This document shows, piece after piece, positions 9,062 through 18,069 of a stretch of DNA of 64,000 nt (positions are counted from its first letter, which is position 1; every line of letters starts with the position of its first letter). The translations under genes and the position numbers were made by a program. The notes beneath the pieces are model-generated. The model searched no databases and was not told the DNA's origin. It worked only from the letters and a program-made list of their open reading frames with translations. Origin of the DNA: Candidatus Borrarchaeum weybense (lineage in GTDB: Archaea > Asgardarchaeota > Sifarchaeia > Borrarchaeales > Borrarchaeaceae); contig JAHQJS010000004.1 of NCBI GenBank assembly GCA_019057385.1, forward strand, positions 192,001 to 256,000, in the 5' to 3' direction.

Positions 9062-10831
9062 TCATTTGACAAAAATGTCCACAACTTTTTGCTGTGTGAC
9101 ATCGATAAGCCCTTTGTCAGTGATTTTCAATTCGGGGATCACTGGTAGTGCGATAAATGATATTGTAAAGAAGGGTGACTTTAGAGTACAATTTAATTCT
9201 GTCTTGGCTGTTTTTAGTAAATCAACATAATTTTTAGCCACCGTCATACCAGATGCATCACTAAGTATTCCACCAATTGGAAGTGGAAGATCTGCAAGGA
9301 TTTTTCCATCTTTTGCAACCACTAAACCACCATTCAACTCCATAATATGCTTAACTGCTGTGCTCATATCGTTCGGATCCGCTCCAACAACGACTATATT
9401 ATGTGAATCGTGTGCGACTGAGCTTGCAATGGCTCCAGATGTAATTCCAAAACCCTTGATGAAACCTTTGCCAATATTACCCTCATTTGAATATCTCTCA
9501 ATGACAGCTACTGCTAACATATCTTCTTCAGGATTTGGTTCCAACTTTCCTTTTTTAATAGAGACTGTACCTTCTTCTGCGGTTGTGTAAATTGTACCAT
9601 CCTTTACACCGATTGCTCGAACGCGCTGTGGTTTCTTCTTCTTAGTTTTTACTAAGAGTTGCGCTGGTTTTGGTGGAGTTTTAATTCCTATAGTCTTTTT
9701 AATCGATTCTGAAAACTCAAAATCTGGCGCGGAAACCAGTAATTGTCCTTCGTCTAAAACCGGTTTACCGTCAAAAATGACTGTAGAAGGTTTTATGGAA
9801 TTCAAATCATCTAATATTACAAGATCCGCAGTTTTTCCAGGAGTTATACTGCCAAAAGTCTTGTCTAATCCTAAGTATTCAGCAGGATTTATAGTAGCAA
9901 TTTGAATAGCAGTAACAGGATCTAATCCACTCTCGATTGCTCTTTTTATAACATGATCTATATGTCCCTTTGTAATGAGATCAGACGCTGAAAGATCATC
10001 GGTAGCAAATAAGCAGTGCCTTGTGCCAATCTGTTTGTCGATAATTGCTTTCAAGAGAGTTTCTAAGTTCTTACAACCAGTACCTTCCCTGATTTGGAGC
10101 CACATGCCTAATCTAAGTTTTTCCAGGGCTTCATCTCCTTGTGTGGTTTCGTGATCTGACATAATACCCGCAGAAAGATATGCATTCAATTCTTTTCCAG
10201 TAAGACCTGGTGCATGTCCATCTATGACTCTAGCATCTTTTCCTGTTTCTAACTTAGCTAAGATTGTTGGATCTGCATGAAGAACACCTGGATAATTCAT
10301 CATTTCTCCTAATCCAATTATTGGCGAACGAGGGTATAGCGATAACAGGGTTGCGATATCGTGTTCTTTAATAGTATGTTTTGTAGTTTCCAATTCTGGT
10401 GCCGCCGGAACGCATGTCGGAACAAGGAAATAGATCCTCTGAGGTATATTTCTTGCTTCAAGCAAAAATTCCTTAATACCTGCAATTCCTGACGCGTTTG
10501 CGATTTCATGTGGATCCCATACAATACTTGTTGTTCCATGCAAAAGCGAGTACTTTGAAAAGTTTGTAGGAGTTAACATACTACTTTCAATGTGGATATG
10601 TGAATCAAAAAACCCTGGTGTCACAACACCTTTCGTCTTTATAACAACTGTATCTTTTCCGACGATATCTTCAACATCACCCACACGTACGATTTTATTG
10701 TTTGATATTCCTATATCTGCAGGATAAACCTCTTTCGTTATTGTATTTACGATCTCTGATCCTTTTATTACTAAATCAGCTTTCATCTCACCGATTGCTG
10801 TCTTTATGAGATTTTCTAACATCTTTTCCAC
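9062..10831 (-). CDS. ade: Adenine deaminase
   Basis: DSHIHIESSM, DPHEIAN, GLGEMMNYPG, DGHAP, DHE, ATDD, SVAHDSHN. Confidence 0.95.
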   Translation of the reverse strand: MEKMLENLIKTAIGEMKADLVIKGSEIVNTITKEVYPADIGISNNKIVRVGDVEDIVGKDTVVIKTKGVVTPGFFDSHIHIESSMLTPTNFSKYSLLHGTTSIVWDPHEIANASGIAGIKEFLLEARNIPQRIYFLVPTCVPAAPELETTKHTIKEHDIATLLSLYPRSPIIGLGEMMNYPGVLHADPTILAKLETGKDARVIDGHAPGLTGKELNAYLSAGIMSDHETTQGDEALEKLRLGMWLQIREGTGCKNLETLLKAIIDKQIGTRHCLFATDDLSASDLITKGHIDHVIKRAIESGLDPVTAIQIATINPAEYLGLDKTFGSITPGKTADLVILDDLNSIKPSTVIFDGKPVLDEGQLLVSAPDFEFSESIKKTIGIKTPPKPAQLLVKTKKKKPQRVRAIGVKDGTIYTTAEEGTVSIKKGKLEPNPEEDMLAVAVIERYSNEGNIGKGFIKGFGITSGAIASSVAHDSHNIVVVGADPNDMSTAVKHIMELNGGLVVAKDGKILADLPLPIGGILSDASGMTVAKNYVDLLKTAKTELNCTLKSPFFTISFIALPVIPELKITDKGLIDVTQQKVVDIFVK

Positions 10832-11057
10832 CTTTGCTCTCTTTAGAGCATTTTAATTATTATCAACTGTGCAATTAACGTACATTAGATGTATTTTAAA
10901 CGGAGATATTTGTAGTTTATTGTCAAATCGATACTTCAATACAAAAATAATGAGCACGACTTCTTCTTGATTTGTGAGAAATTTTTATCTTATAGAGTTT
11001 TTAGATTTCGAAACCAAAAGTTCTTAAAATATCTCTCCATAATGCTGATGATATCGA

Positions 11058-12434
11058 TTGGTGGTGACGTTTATCAGAGAAAAGATCTCCTTCCTGCAAG
11101 CTAGCATAATCTCTTTATTTAAAAAAATTGGTTCAAAATCCACTTGGAATGACGATCGCGTTAAAATCTTCTTTATTGCACTTGTAATCTATCTTTTTTC
11201 TCTATCTGTTTTTCGAGCTTTTCACTCGGAGGATGAGTTCAGTTATTTCTACTTGACTTATTCTATTGTCGAAAACCGAAGTTTTACAATCGATCCTATT
11301 GCAGGACATCATTTAAGCAACACCGAAAACTTCGTGCAATATGATGGGAATTGGTATTCAAAGTATCCTCCTGGTTTGCCTTTTCTCGCAATTCCATTTT
11401 ATCTTGTTGGAAGATTCATTTGGCAGTTAATGGGATTCAATGGATTCCCGTTGATTATTATGTGTTCAATTAGTAGTTTTTCTGCCGCATTTTCTCTTGT
11501 CATAGTATATGAGTTCTGTACGTTCTTCAAATTCAGTTATATAGCAAAAAGAGCAACAATTGTCACATATGGATTTGGAACAATAGCGTGGGTGTATGCG
11601 AAGACCTTTTTTTCACACTCTATTGCTACGCTTTTCATTTTATTGAGTTTATATTTATTCATTTCAATGACAAGAGATGAAAAAGAGGATTCAGTTTACA
11701 TGAAGTCGTTACTATCTGGAATAGCAATAGGGCTTGCTACCCTCATTCGCTATACAAGTTTCCTTTTTGTATTTCCTTTGGTCTTTTATTTTGTCCTAAA
11801 ACCTATGTCTCTGAAAAAGGAGCGAGCAACACTTTTTATTTTCCCTCTCCTAATATTCATTCTACTTGCTGGGTGGTACAATTTCATTTGTTTTGATAGC
11901 CCCTTCATTACAGGCTATCATTTAAATCAATTGTATGGAAATGAAACGGAACGATTTACAACTCCTATTTACATAGGATTATGGGGTCTCCTTATTTCTC
12001 CGAAAAGGGGGTTGTTTATTTATTCGCCTGTTCTTTTGTTTAGCATTATCGGTATAAAAGAACTCTATACAGAAGTAAAAGAAGAGACAGTTCTCCTAAT
12101 AAGTTCCTTTATGATACTGTTGTTGGTCTATTCTGCATGGTGGTATTGGCCTGGTGGTCTTTGTTATGGACCTCGTTTGCTGCATGAAGCTATTCCACTC
12201 TTCACAATTCCAATAGGAAAATCCATAGACTCATATAAAAATAAAAGGATATTTTGGATCGCCTTTATTGTGCTTCTATGCTTCAGTATTTATGCACAGT
12301 TTGCTGCCGTAGTTACTGACTTCATAACCACAGATTATCCAACATCATTTAATGAAATTGGACTGATTGCTGTATCGAGGAAATTATTCAATGGAGAATT
12401 CGATACCTTGCTTAGTAGACTTCTTGGAATCTAA
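11058..12434 (+). CDS. GT-C membrane glycosyltransferase; paralog of 32954..34324
   Basis: SEDEFSY, YSKYPPG, GTIAWVYAKTFF, GLLISPKRGLFIYSP, WPGGLCYGPR. Confidence 0.8.
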   Translation: MVVTFIREKISFLQASIISLFKKIGSKSTWNDDRVKIFFIALVIYLFSLSVFRAFHSEDEFSYFYLTYSIVENRSFTIDPIAGHHLSNTENFVQYDGNWYSKYPPGLPFLAIPFYLVGRFIWQLMGFNGFPLIIMCSISSFSAAFSLVIVYEFCTFFKFSYIAKRATIVTYGFGTIAWVYAKTFFSHSIATLFILLSLYLFISMTRDEKEDSVYMKSLLSGIAIGLATLIRYTSFLFVFPLVFYFVLKPMSLKKERATLFIFPLLIFILLAGWYNFICFDSPFITGYHLNQLYGNETERFTTPIYIGLWGLLISPKRGLFIYSPVLLFSIIGIKELYTEVKEETVLLISSFMILLLVYSAWWYWPGGLCYGPRLLHEAIPLFTIPIGKSIDSYKNKRIFWIAFIVLLCFSIYAQFAAVVTDFITTDYPTSFNEIGLIAVSRKLFNGEFDTLLSRLLGI

Positions 12435-12439
12435 GTGCA

Positions 12440-13126
12440 TTACAAATAGATTTTTGCGGTCTCATAAGATTTTTTTATATGAGATTGACCATTATTGACG
12501 ACATCCATATGTCCTGGCGCTAAAATGTCTATGTTTAATTCTGCTAAACGTTCTAGGGAATTTACAAGATCCTTGCTATTTCCTCCTGGAGGTAAATCGG
12601 TTCTTCCAAAGCTCCCATGAGCGAAAACTGTGTCTCCCGAAAATAATATACGTGCTTCTTTTTCGTAGAGGCAAATACTTCCACAAGTATGCCCAGGCGT
12701 ATGAAGCACTTCAAAAACAAATTCATCAAACCTAATAATATCGCCGTCTTGTAATTTTCTTGCTATAGGTGTTCCTTGTAATGGTAAAGAAAATAGTGCT
12801 GCTGCTGTAGCTTCCTTATCTCCTTCCTCGACATAATTCGCTTCGCTTTCATGGATACTAACGTCTGCAGATGTTTTTTCTACTAACTCATTCAGCCCGC
12901 CAATGTGGTCGACGTGCGAATGTGTTAGAATTATATTTTGAAGGCTTTCTAAAGAAATATTAGATTTTTTCATCGCATCAATTAGATTATGAGCGTATAA
13001 ACCAGTATCGATAACCAGATATGCATCTTGGCCTATTAAATAGACATTAGAAGTAAAACTCTCTGAAACTCTGAGTATCTTTATTTGGGGCATAATTTCG
13101 ATAAGATCTGACAAATTAATACACAT
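12440..13126 (-). CDS. Metallo-beta-lactamase-fold hydrolase (glyoxalase II-like); start may be 13093
   Basis: THSHVDHIGG, HTPGHT, FSGDT, PGH. Confidence 0.92.
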   Translation of the reverse strand: MCINLSDLIEIMPQIKILRVSESFTSNVYLIGQDAYLVIDTGLYAHNLIDAMKKSNISLESLQNIILTHSHVDHIGGLNELVEKTSADVSIHESEANYVEEGDKEATAAALFSLPLQGTPIARKLQDGDIIRFDEFVFEVLHTPGHTCGSICLYEKEARILFSGDTVFAHGSFGRTDLPPGGNSKDLVNSLERLAELNIDILAPGHMDVVNNGQSHIKKSYETAKIYL

Positions 13127-13353
13127 CTATGTACATATTATAGGTGAAAATTTACAGGTGAATAGTGAATTTAATTCTTTTGGAAAAAGGCAAACGTTCG
13201 CGCTGTGTTCATTCTTTAAAACATTTAGATGGGTCAAATCATCTGTGAACATGAATTTTTCTTAAATTTTGAATATTCTTCTATTTGAAAAATGCTGACA
13301 GAAAGTAATTAAAAAGAAACTCAAAAAAGTTATACAACTTGTTGAATGGTAGT

Positions 13354-15393
13354 TCACTTTCTGAAAGTCTCTATACATGCAAGACTCAGTTTTTCGTAAT
13401 CTTTGCTGCTGATCAGTTTGTATTCAAAGATTTCTTTTAGCCCATCATAGATTTTAGTTTCGATCTCTTTGTCATTTAAAAAATTGTTTTCAGTGCACAC
13501 AGTATCAAAGATTCTCTGTACTTCTTGACGTTCTTCTAATGCCATTTCTAGACGTTGTTTAATAGCATCGAAAAAGTGCGGATCGATACTAATTGGTATT
13601 CTTTTGCTCACAGATTTAAATTTTGAATGTAAATGGCAGGGTGGGATCACAACAAACCGTGCCCCATTTACATCATCTTTATTAACGAATTTTGTGACGT
13701 AACATGGCATATAAGAAATAACAGCATGCTTTGTAAGAGCGGCAGGAATTGATCCTGAAGGAATTATGAATTTATTTAAATCGCTAAGTTCATTAGTTAT
13801 TTCTTGTTTCAAGGAATCTATCATTTCTAAGAGCTTATCTCGTTTAGATTCTAGCATTTTAGTTGAAACGGATATTGAAGCACGTTTTTCTTCAAATTCC
13901 TTTTTCAGAAGTACAATACGTTCATTCTGCTCAGATACTAAATTGTTGTACTTAACATTTACATCATTAATTTCTTTTTGCAGGGAATATCGAAGTTCAT
14001 CATATTGTATCTCGATTTTATTAAGCGTATCTTCTGTGTTATGGAAAGCTACTTCAATACTGCTTAGTAGAAGTCGTTTTCTTCGAATACTATCAATAAA
14101 GGTTTCTGTAAAATCTTCTTGTGAATTAGAAGAGTTAGACTGTAAGATTTGCCCAGAATATTTTAGTAATGATCTGGTGCTTTCGTCCAAAATTTTTGTT
14201 TCCTTATGAAATGTATCGTATAGTTCTTCAATTTTGCTTTGTGCATCAAGTTTTTTAGCTTCAATTTCATTTTCTCGTTGTTCAACTATTTTCTCAATTG
14301 CCTTTTGTACATCCTCTTTTGTAACTGTAAGCTTACTTGAAAAATCATCTTCTATTTCTTGTAGTTTACCATTAAGTTCTTGTTTCCAATTATTAGTAGT
14401 TGTTATTAAAAGACTTTGAAGTTGCTCTAAACTTTGTGTAGCATCTTGGTTAAATTGAAAACACTCTTCAATTTTTGTTCCATGTATTATGGCCTTATTC
14501 TTGGAAAAAACAGAGCGAAGAGGTTCACTAAATATTTCAGAAGTAGCATAATACTGTACGGTTGGAAATACCTCTAATATTGCTTCTAAAAGATCTGGTT
14601 CAACCATCGCATCAAGTTTGAATTCCTTTTTAGACATTTGATTAAGTAAAACCTCAACTTTATCGAGAGCAAATATTGAATTTGACGCAGAAGTTTTTAA
14701 AATATCTTCGAAAGATGCGAGATTGATCGGGGTTGTAACAGTTTTGTTGTACGTAGTTAAAGCAAATCCATCAACGATTACAGGTCCTTGATTAGTATTA
14801 ATAACCCAAAAAGGCCACAGGACTTTCGTTAAGTATTCAAATTTCTCGTTACGTTTCTTGAATAATCTTCCTCCGCCCTTCTCTCTCAAGTCTTCAAATA
14901 ACGCGAACATAAGAGCGATTTCTTTTTGAAAGTTGGTGATCTCTTCACCCGTATTATCTACAAGGAAAGGAACTGCTATAATATGGCCCATTGTTTGTTC
15001 TTGAATCGTTTGAACAATTCGATCAACATCAGTTTCGAATTTCTTGAAGACACTTACCTCTCCATTGAAATTTTCTAGAAAAGCTCCATATTTCTCTATA
15101 AATACTGTTTTAATCTCATCTAATACGATCTTAAATGTTCCAAGTTGCTTTTCATCGTCTCGATCGATGCCCATTGCTAGAATAAGATCGTACTCTTGTT
15201 CATAGGCGTAAAGAAACTTTAAGTTTTCCATGTCTAAAACATGAATAGACTTTTCCCCTAATTCTTGTGTAAATGTAAAGATCGCAGATGTAAAACTGCT
15301 CAAGAGGTCATCATCCAGATTGAAAGCTATTTGAGTCCAACTAAATATATTTTGACCGGAGCTTTTTAAGATTAGAACATTATGAATTGGCAT
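13354..15393 (-). CDS. Longin-domain protein fused to an unknown domain with a long coiled-coil insertion
   Basis: MPIHNVLILKSSG..IFS...DDDLLSSF.SAIF.F.QEL ... FIEKY...NFNGEVS.F..F is the Asgard longin pattern; heptad-rich region aa ~315-545. Confidence 0.8.
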   Translation of the reverse strand: MPIHNVLILKSSGQNIFSWTQIAFNLDDDLLSSFTSAIFTFTQELGEKSIHVLDMENLKFLYAYEQEYDLILAMGIDRDDEKQLGTFKIVLDEIKTVFIEKYGAFLENFNGEVSVFKKFETDVDRIVQTIQEQTMGHIIAVPFLVDNTGEEITNFQKEIALMFALFEDLREKGGGRLFKKRNEKFEYLTKVLWPFWVINTNQGPVIVDGFALTTYNKTVTTPINLASFEDILKTSASNSIFALDKVEVLLNQMSKKEFKLDAMVEPDLLEAILEVFPTVQYYATSEIFSEPLRSVFSKNKAIIHGTKIEECFQFNQDATQSLEQLQSLLITTTNNWKQELNGKLQEIEDDFSSKLTVTKEDVQKAIEKIVEQRENEIEAKKLDAQSKIEELYDTFHKETKILDESTRSLLKYSGQILQSNSSNSQEDFTETFIDSIRRKRLLLSSIEVAFHNTEDTLNKIEIQYDELRYSLQKEINDVNVKYNNLVSEQNERIVLLKKEFEEKRASISVSTKMLESKRDKLLEMIDSLKQEITNELSDLNKFIIPSGSIPAALTKHAVISYMPCYVTKFVNKDDVNGARFVVIPPCHLHSKFKSVSKRIPISIDPHFFDAIKQRLEMALEERQEVQRIFDTVCTENNFLNDKEIETKIYDGLKEIFEYKLISSKDYEKLSLACIETFRK

Positions 15394-15593
15394 TGCCGTA
15401 GAATCCTCGGAACACTAGTAGATCTAAAAGTGCGATTCTTATTGCGAAATTGTGTGGCTGATTTTTTTCAATTGTTGACAAATAGTTGTTAATAACTATC
15501 GTAGTAATCCTTGTTTAATTTTTAAAAAATCCATCTTAAAAATATTCTCAATAAATTATCCGCATACTTTTATATTTCATACCCGAAGGGAAA

Positions 15594-15742
15594 TGGTAGC
15601 CCGGCCCAGATTTTCGCTCCTTTATCATGTGGATGTTTCGAACTGGGGTCCAGGGATCCAGAGTCCTTGATTTCCAAGATTTAGTGATGTATGTCTTTGA
15701 AGCATACCCACTGAATCCGCTTGGCCACTACACTACCGGGCT
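15594..15742 (-). tRNA. tRNA-Gln(CUG) with two non-canonical introns (15672..15718 at 23/24; 15611..15636 at 59/60), CCA encoded
   Basis: Removing both introns gives 76 nt: AGCCCGG TA GTGT AGTGGCCAA GCAT C AAGGA CTCTGGA TCCCT GGAC CCCAG TTCGAAT CTGGG CCGGGCT ACCA. Both introns form bulge-helix-bulge motifs. Anticodon at 15659..15661. Confidence 0.93.
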
Positions 15743-15816
15743 AAACTATGGGGTTAGAATTTAATTAACGGAATGATAAATTTAACCTTATCGGTCTCTT
15801 AAGGTTGGGATATGTT

Positions 15817-16224
15817 TCATTGATTTTGTGCTAAATAATTGCTATGAGTAAATGCGCCAATCAAAGCCGATAAAATGGCTGTAATAAATATTAGCGCAAA
15901 TGCGATGAAATCCACCGTCTCATTTATCATGACCACATTAATGTTTATTACAAGGCAAATAATGCCCAAGATGATTCCAGTAATTAAACCTCCATGAAGG
16001 GGTACTATTCTAGGAACTTCTAATATAAACATCCCAGAAAAGAGCCCCGCAAAAAAGATTCCGGCGAATAATAGACTATATGAAACGAGTGTACTTGGGT
16101 CTGAAACATAAGTTCGAAAACTCATAAAGAATACAAAAATTATGCTAGACATAGACGCAGAAATGAGGCTGCCCATAATTAGTTTTTCAAAGTAATAAGG
16201 TATTTCTCTTGTTTGTTGTGTCAA
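15817..16224 (-). CDS. Small four-TM membrane protein
   Basis: Four hydrophobic segments; AGGTGA RBS upstream. Confidence 0.75.
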   Translation of the reverse strand: MTQQTREIPYYFEKLIMGSLISASMSSIIFVFFMSFRTYVSDPSTLVSYSLLFAGIFFAGLFSGMFILEVPRIVPLHGGLITGIILGIICLVININVVMINETVDFIAFALIFITAILSALIGAFTHSNYLAQNQ

Positions 16225-16260
16225 CTTGTTCTCACCTAAAACATCACGGTAGTTTAAAAT

Positions 16261-17283
16261 CTACTGAAATACTTCTGGTATTGTAGCTACAACGGTGTTG
16301 ATATCTGACCTTGAGATATTCAAATAGGTGACCATTCTAAACAAGTCTTCTCCCATACGAGATACCTTTATTCCTTTGTTCTCAAATCGATTTTGAATTT
16401 CTGAAGCAGTCCATTTTGTTTTAGACAGGTCACCATAGATAATATTAGTTTCAACAGGTTTAAGTTTAATAGGTATTTTTTCCAGTTCCTTTGCAATTAT
16501 TTTAGCATGCATATGATCTTCCGCCAGTCGATCTATCATGTTATTTAGGGCATATATTCCAGGAGCTGCAATTATACCGGCTTGTCTCATTCCTCCTCCT
16601 AATATTTTGCGGTTCTTACGTGCTCTATGGATGAATTCCTCTGTCCCTACAATTACTGAGCCTACGGGGCAGCCTAATCCTTTACTTAAACATATTTGCA
16701 CACTATCCGCATTCTCAACTAACTTAGCTGCTGGAGTTCCTGAGGCTATCGCGGCATTGAATATTCTTGCACCATCAATGTGAACAGCAACTTCGTTTTC
16801 ATGGGCAATTTTTGCAAGGGTGTCAATGTTTTCCTTGGGGATAACAGTTCCGCCAGCGTGGTTATGCGTGTTCTCTATGCACAACAATTTAGGTTCTGCA
16901 AAATGAACGTTGTAGGGTCGTGTAAGAATTTCTTCTACGTCTTTTGGATTCATTGCACCATTTTTCCCTTTAACGAGAAAAGGATATGCGCCAATAATGG
17001 AGGAGAATCCTCCAGCCTCATTTAAGTAAGTATGACTTTCTGCTTCGAGGACGATACCGTCTCCACTATTAAGATGTGTCATATTTGAAACTAAATTGCC
17101 TTGAGTTCCACTCGTAACTAACAAACCTGCTTCTTTTCCAAGTTTTTTAGCTGCTAGTGCTTCCAGATGCGCGACTGTAGGATCTTCTCCCCAAACATCG
17201 TCTCCTAATTCGGCTGTCAGGATAGTTGCAAGCATTTCACGGGAAGGCATAGTGAATGTATCGGAACGCAGGTCTACTACCAT
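16261..17283 (-). CDS. ltaE: Low-specificity L-threonine aldolase
   Basis: DLRSDT, SGTQGN, ENTHN, HIDGARIFNA, CLSKGLG (PLP Lys). Confidence 0.93.
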   Translation of the reverse strand: MVVDLRSDTFTMPSREMLATILTAELGDDVWGEDPTVAHLEALAAKKLGKEAGLLVTSGTQGNLVSNMTHLNSGDGIVLEAESHTYLNEAGGFSSIIGAYPFLVKGKNGAMNPKDVEEILTRPYNVHFAEPKLLCIENTHNHAGGTVIPKENIDTLAKIAHENEVAVHIDGARIFNAAIASGTPAAKLVENADSVQICLSKGLGCPVGSVIVGTEEFIHRARKNRKILGGGMRQAGIIAAPGIYALNNMIDRLAEDHMHAKIIAKELEKIPIKLKPVETNIIYGDLSKTKWTASEIQNRFENKGIKVSRMGEDLFRMVTYLNISRSDINTVVATIPEVFQ

Positions 17284-17311
17284 TTTTACCTCACCTAAAT
17301 TTGTTTTAAGA

Positions 17312-17962
17312 TCATAAAGCGTTTTTGAGTTTTTTTAATATCTTATTAGTTGGAATAGGGCCTTCTCTTATGACTTTTGGTGGATCAAGAGTCAAGTCAA
17401 GTATTGTGGAAGGGGGCTTTTGTGGAAGAATGCCAATATCCAGATATAAATCTACCTTATTTTCTAATTGGTCAAAGGCGTCTTGTATCGAGTATGTATC
17501 TGGCTGACCAGATACGTTTGCACTGGTTGCAGTGATCGGAACGCCTGCACGTTCTACTAATGCAAGTGCAATAAGATTGTCAGGCATTCGTATACCAATT
17601 GTTTCTTTTCCTCCACTTAAGAGATCCGAAATGATTTCTCTTTTTCTTAAAACAAGAGTTAAAGGACCAGGTAGAAAATGTTGCGCTAAATTTAAGGCAG
17701 ATTCTGGTACAAAAGCATAGTCCTCTGCCATCTGTAAACTTGACACGACAATATGAAGAGGTTTATTAAGTGACCTCTGTTTAAGTTGGAAGATTTTTGT
17801 GACAGCACGAGCGTCAGTCACATTCGCACCTAAGCCATAAGAAGTATCTGTAGGGAATACAACCAGTTTTCCTTGTCGTATAAAATCTGCCGCGATTTGA
17901 ATTTTGCTAAATTCTATCGCCGTTTCACTTAATTTGAGTATGATTGGAGATTGTGTAGAAAT
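17312..17962 (-). CDS. tsaC: L-threonylcarbamoyladenylate synthase (single-domain TsaC/Sua5/YrdC), extended 47 codons upstream of the ORF-track start
   Basis: Frame continues upstream through GKLVVFPTDTSYGLGA; KQR..NKP, PGPLT, TSANVSG motifs; proposed ATT start 7 nt after AGGAGG. Confidence 0.9.
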   Translation of the reverse strand: MSTQSPIILKLSETAIEFSKIQIAADFIRQGKLVVFPTDTSYGLGANVTDARAVTKIFQLKQRSLNKPLHIVVSSLQMAEDYAFVPESALNLAQHFLPGPLTLVLRKREIISDLLSGGKETIGIRMPDNLIALALVERAGVPITATSANVSGQPDTYSIQDAFDQLENKVDLYLDIGILPQKPPSTILDLTLDPPKVIREGPIPTNKILKKLKNAL

Positions 17963-18069
17963 AGATCTTCCTCCTAAAAATCAAAATACCCTATACGTTA
18001 ACCGACGTAAATCATTTTTTCTATATATATGAACTTGTAGGATAACTCCCGTAATATCGAAATTTTTAA

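Noticed and set aside
12440-12451. HbYX-like C-terminus (IYL) on the MBL hydrolase
   Set aside because: Ordinary enzyme with no supporting context; it shows the motif can occur by chance.
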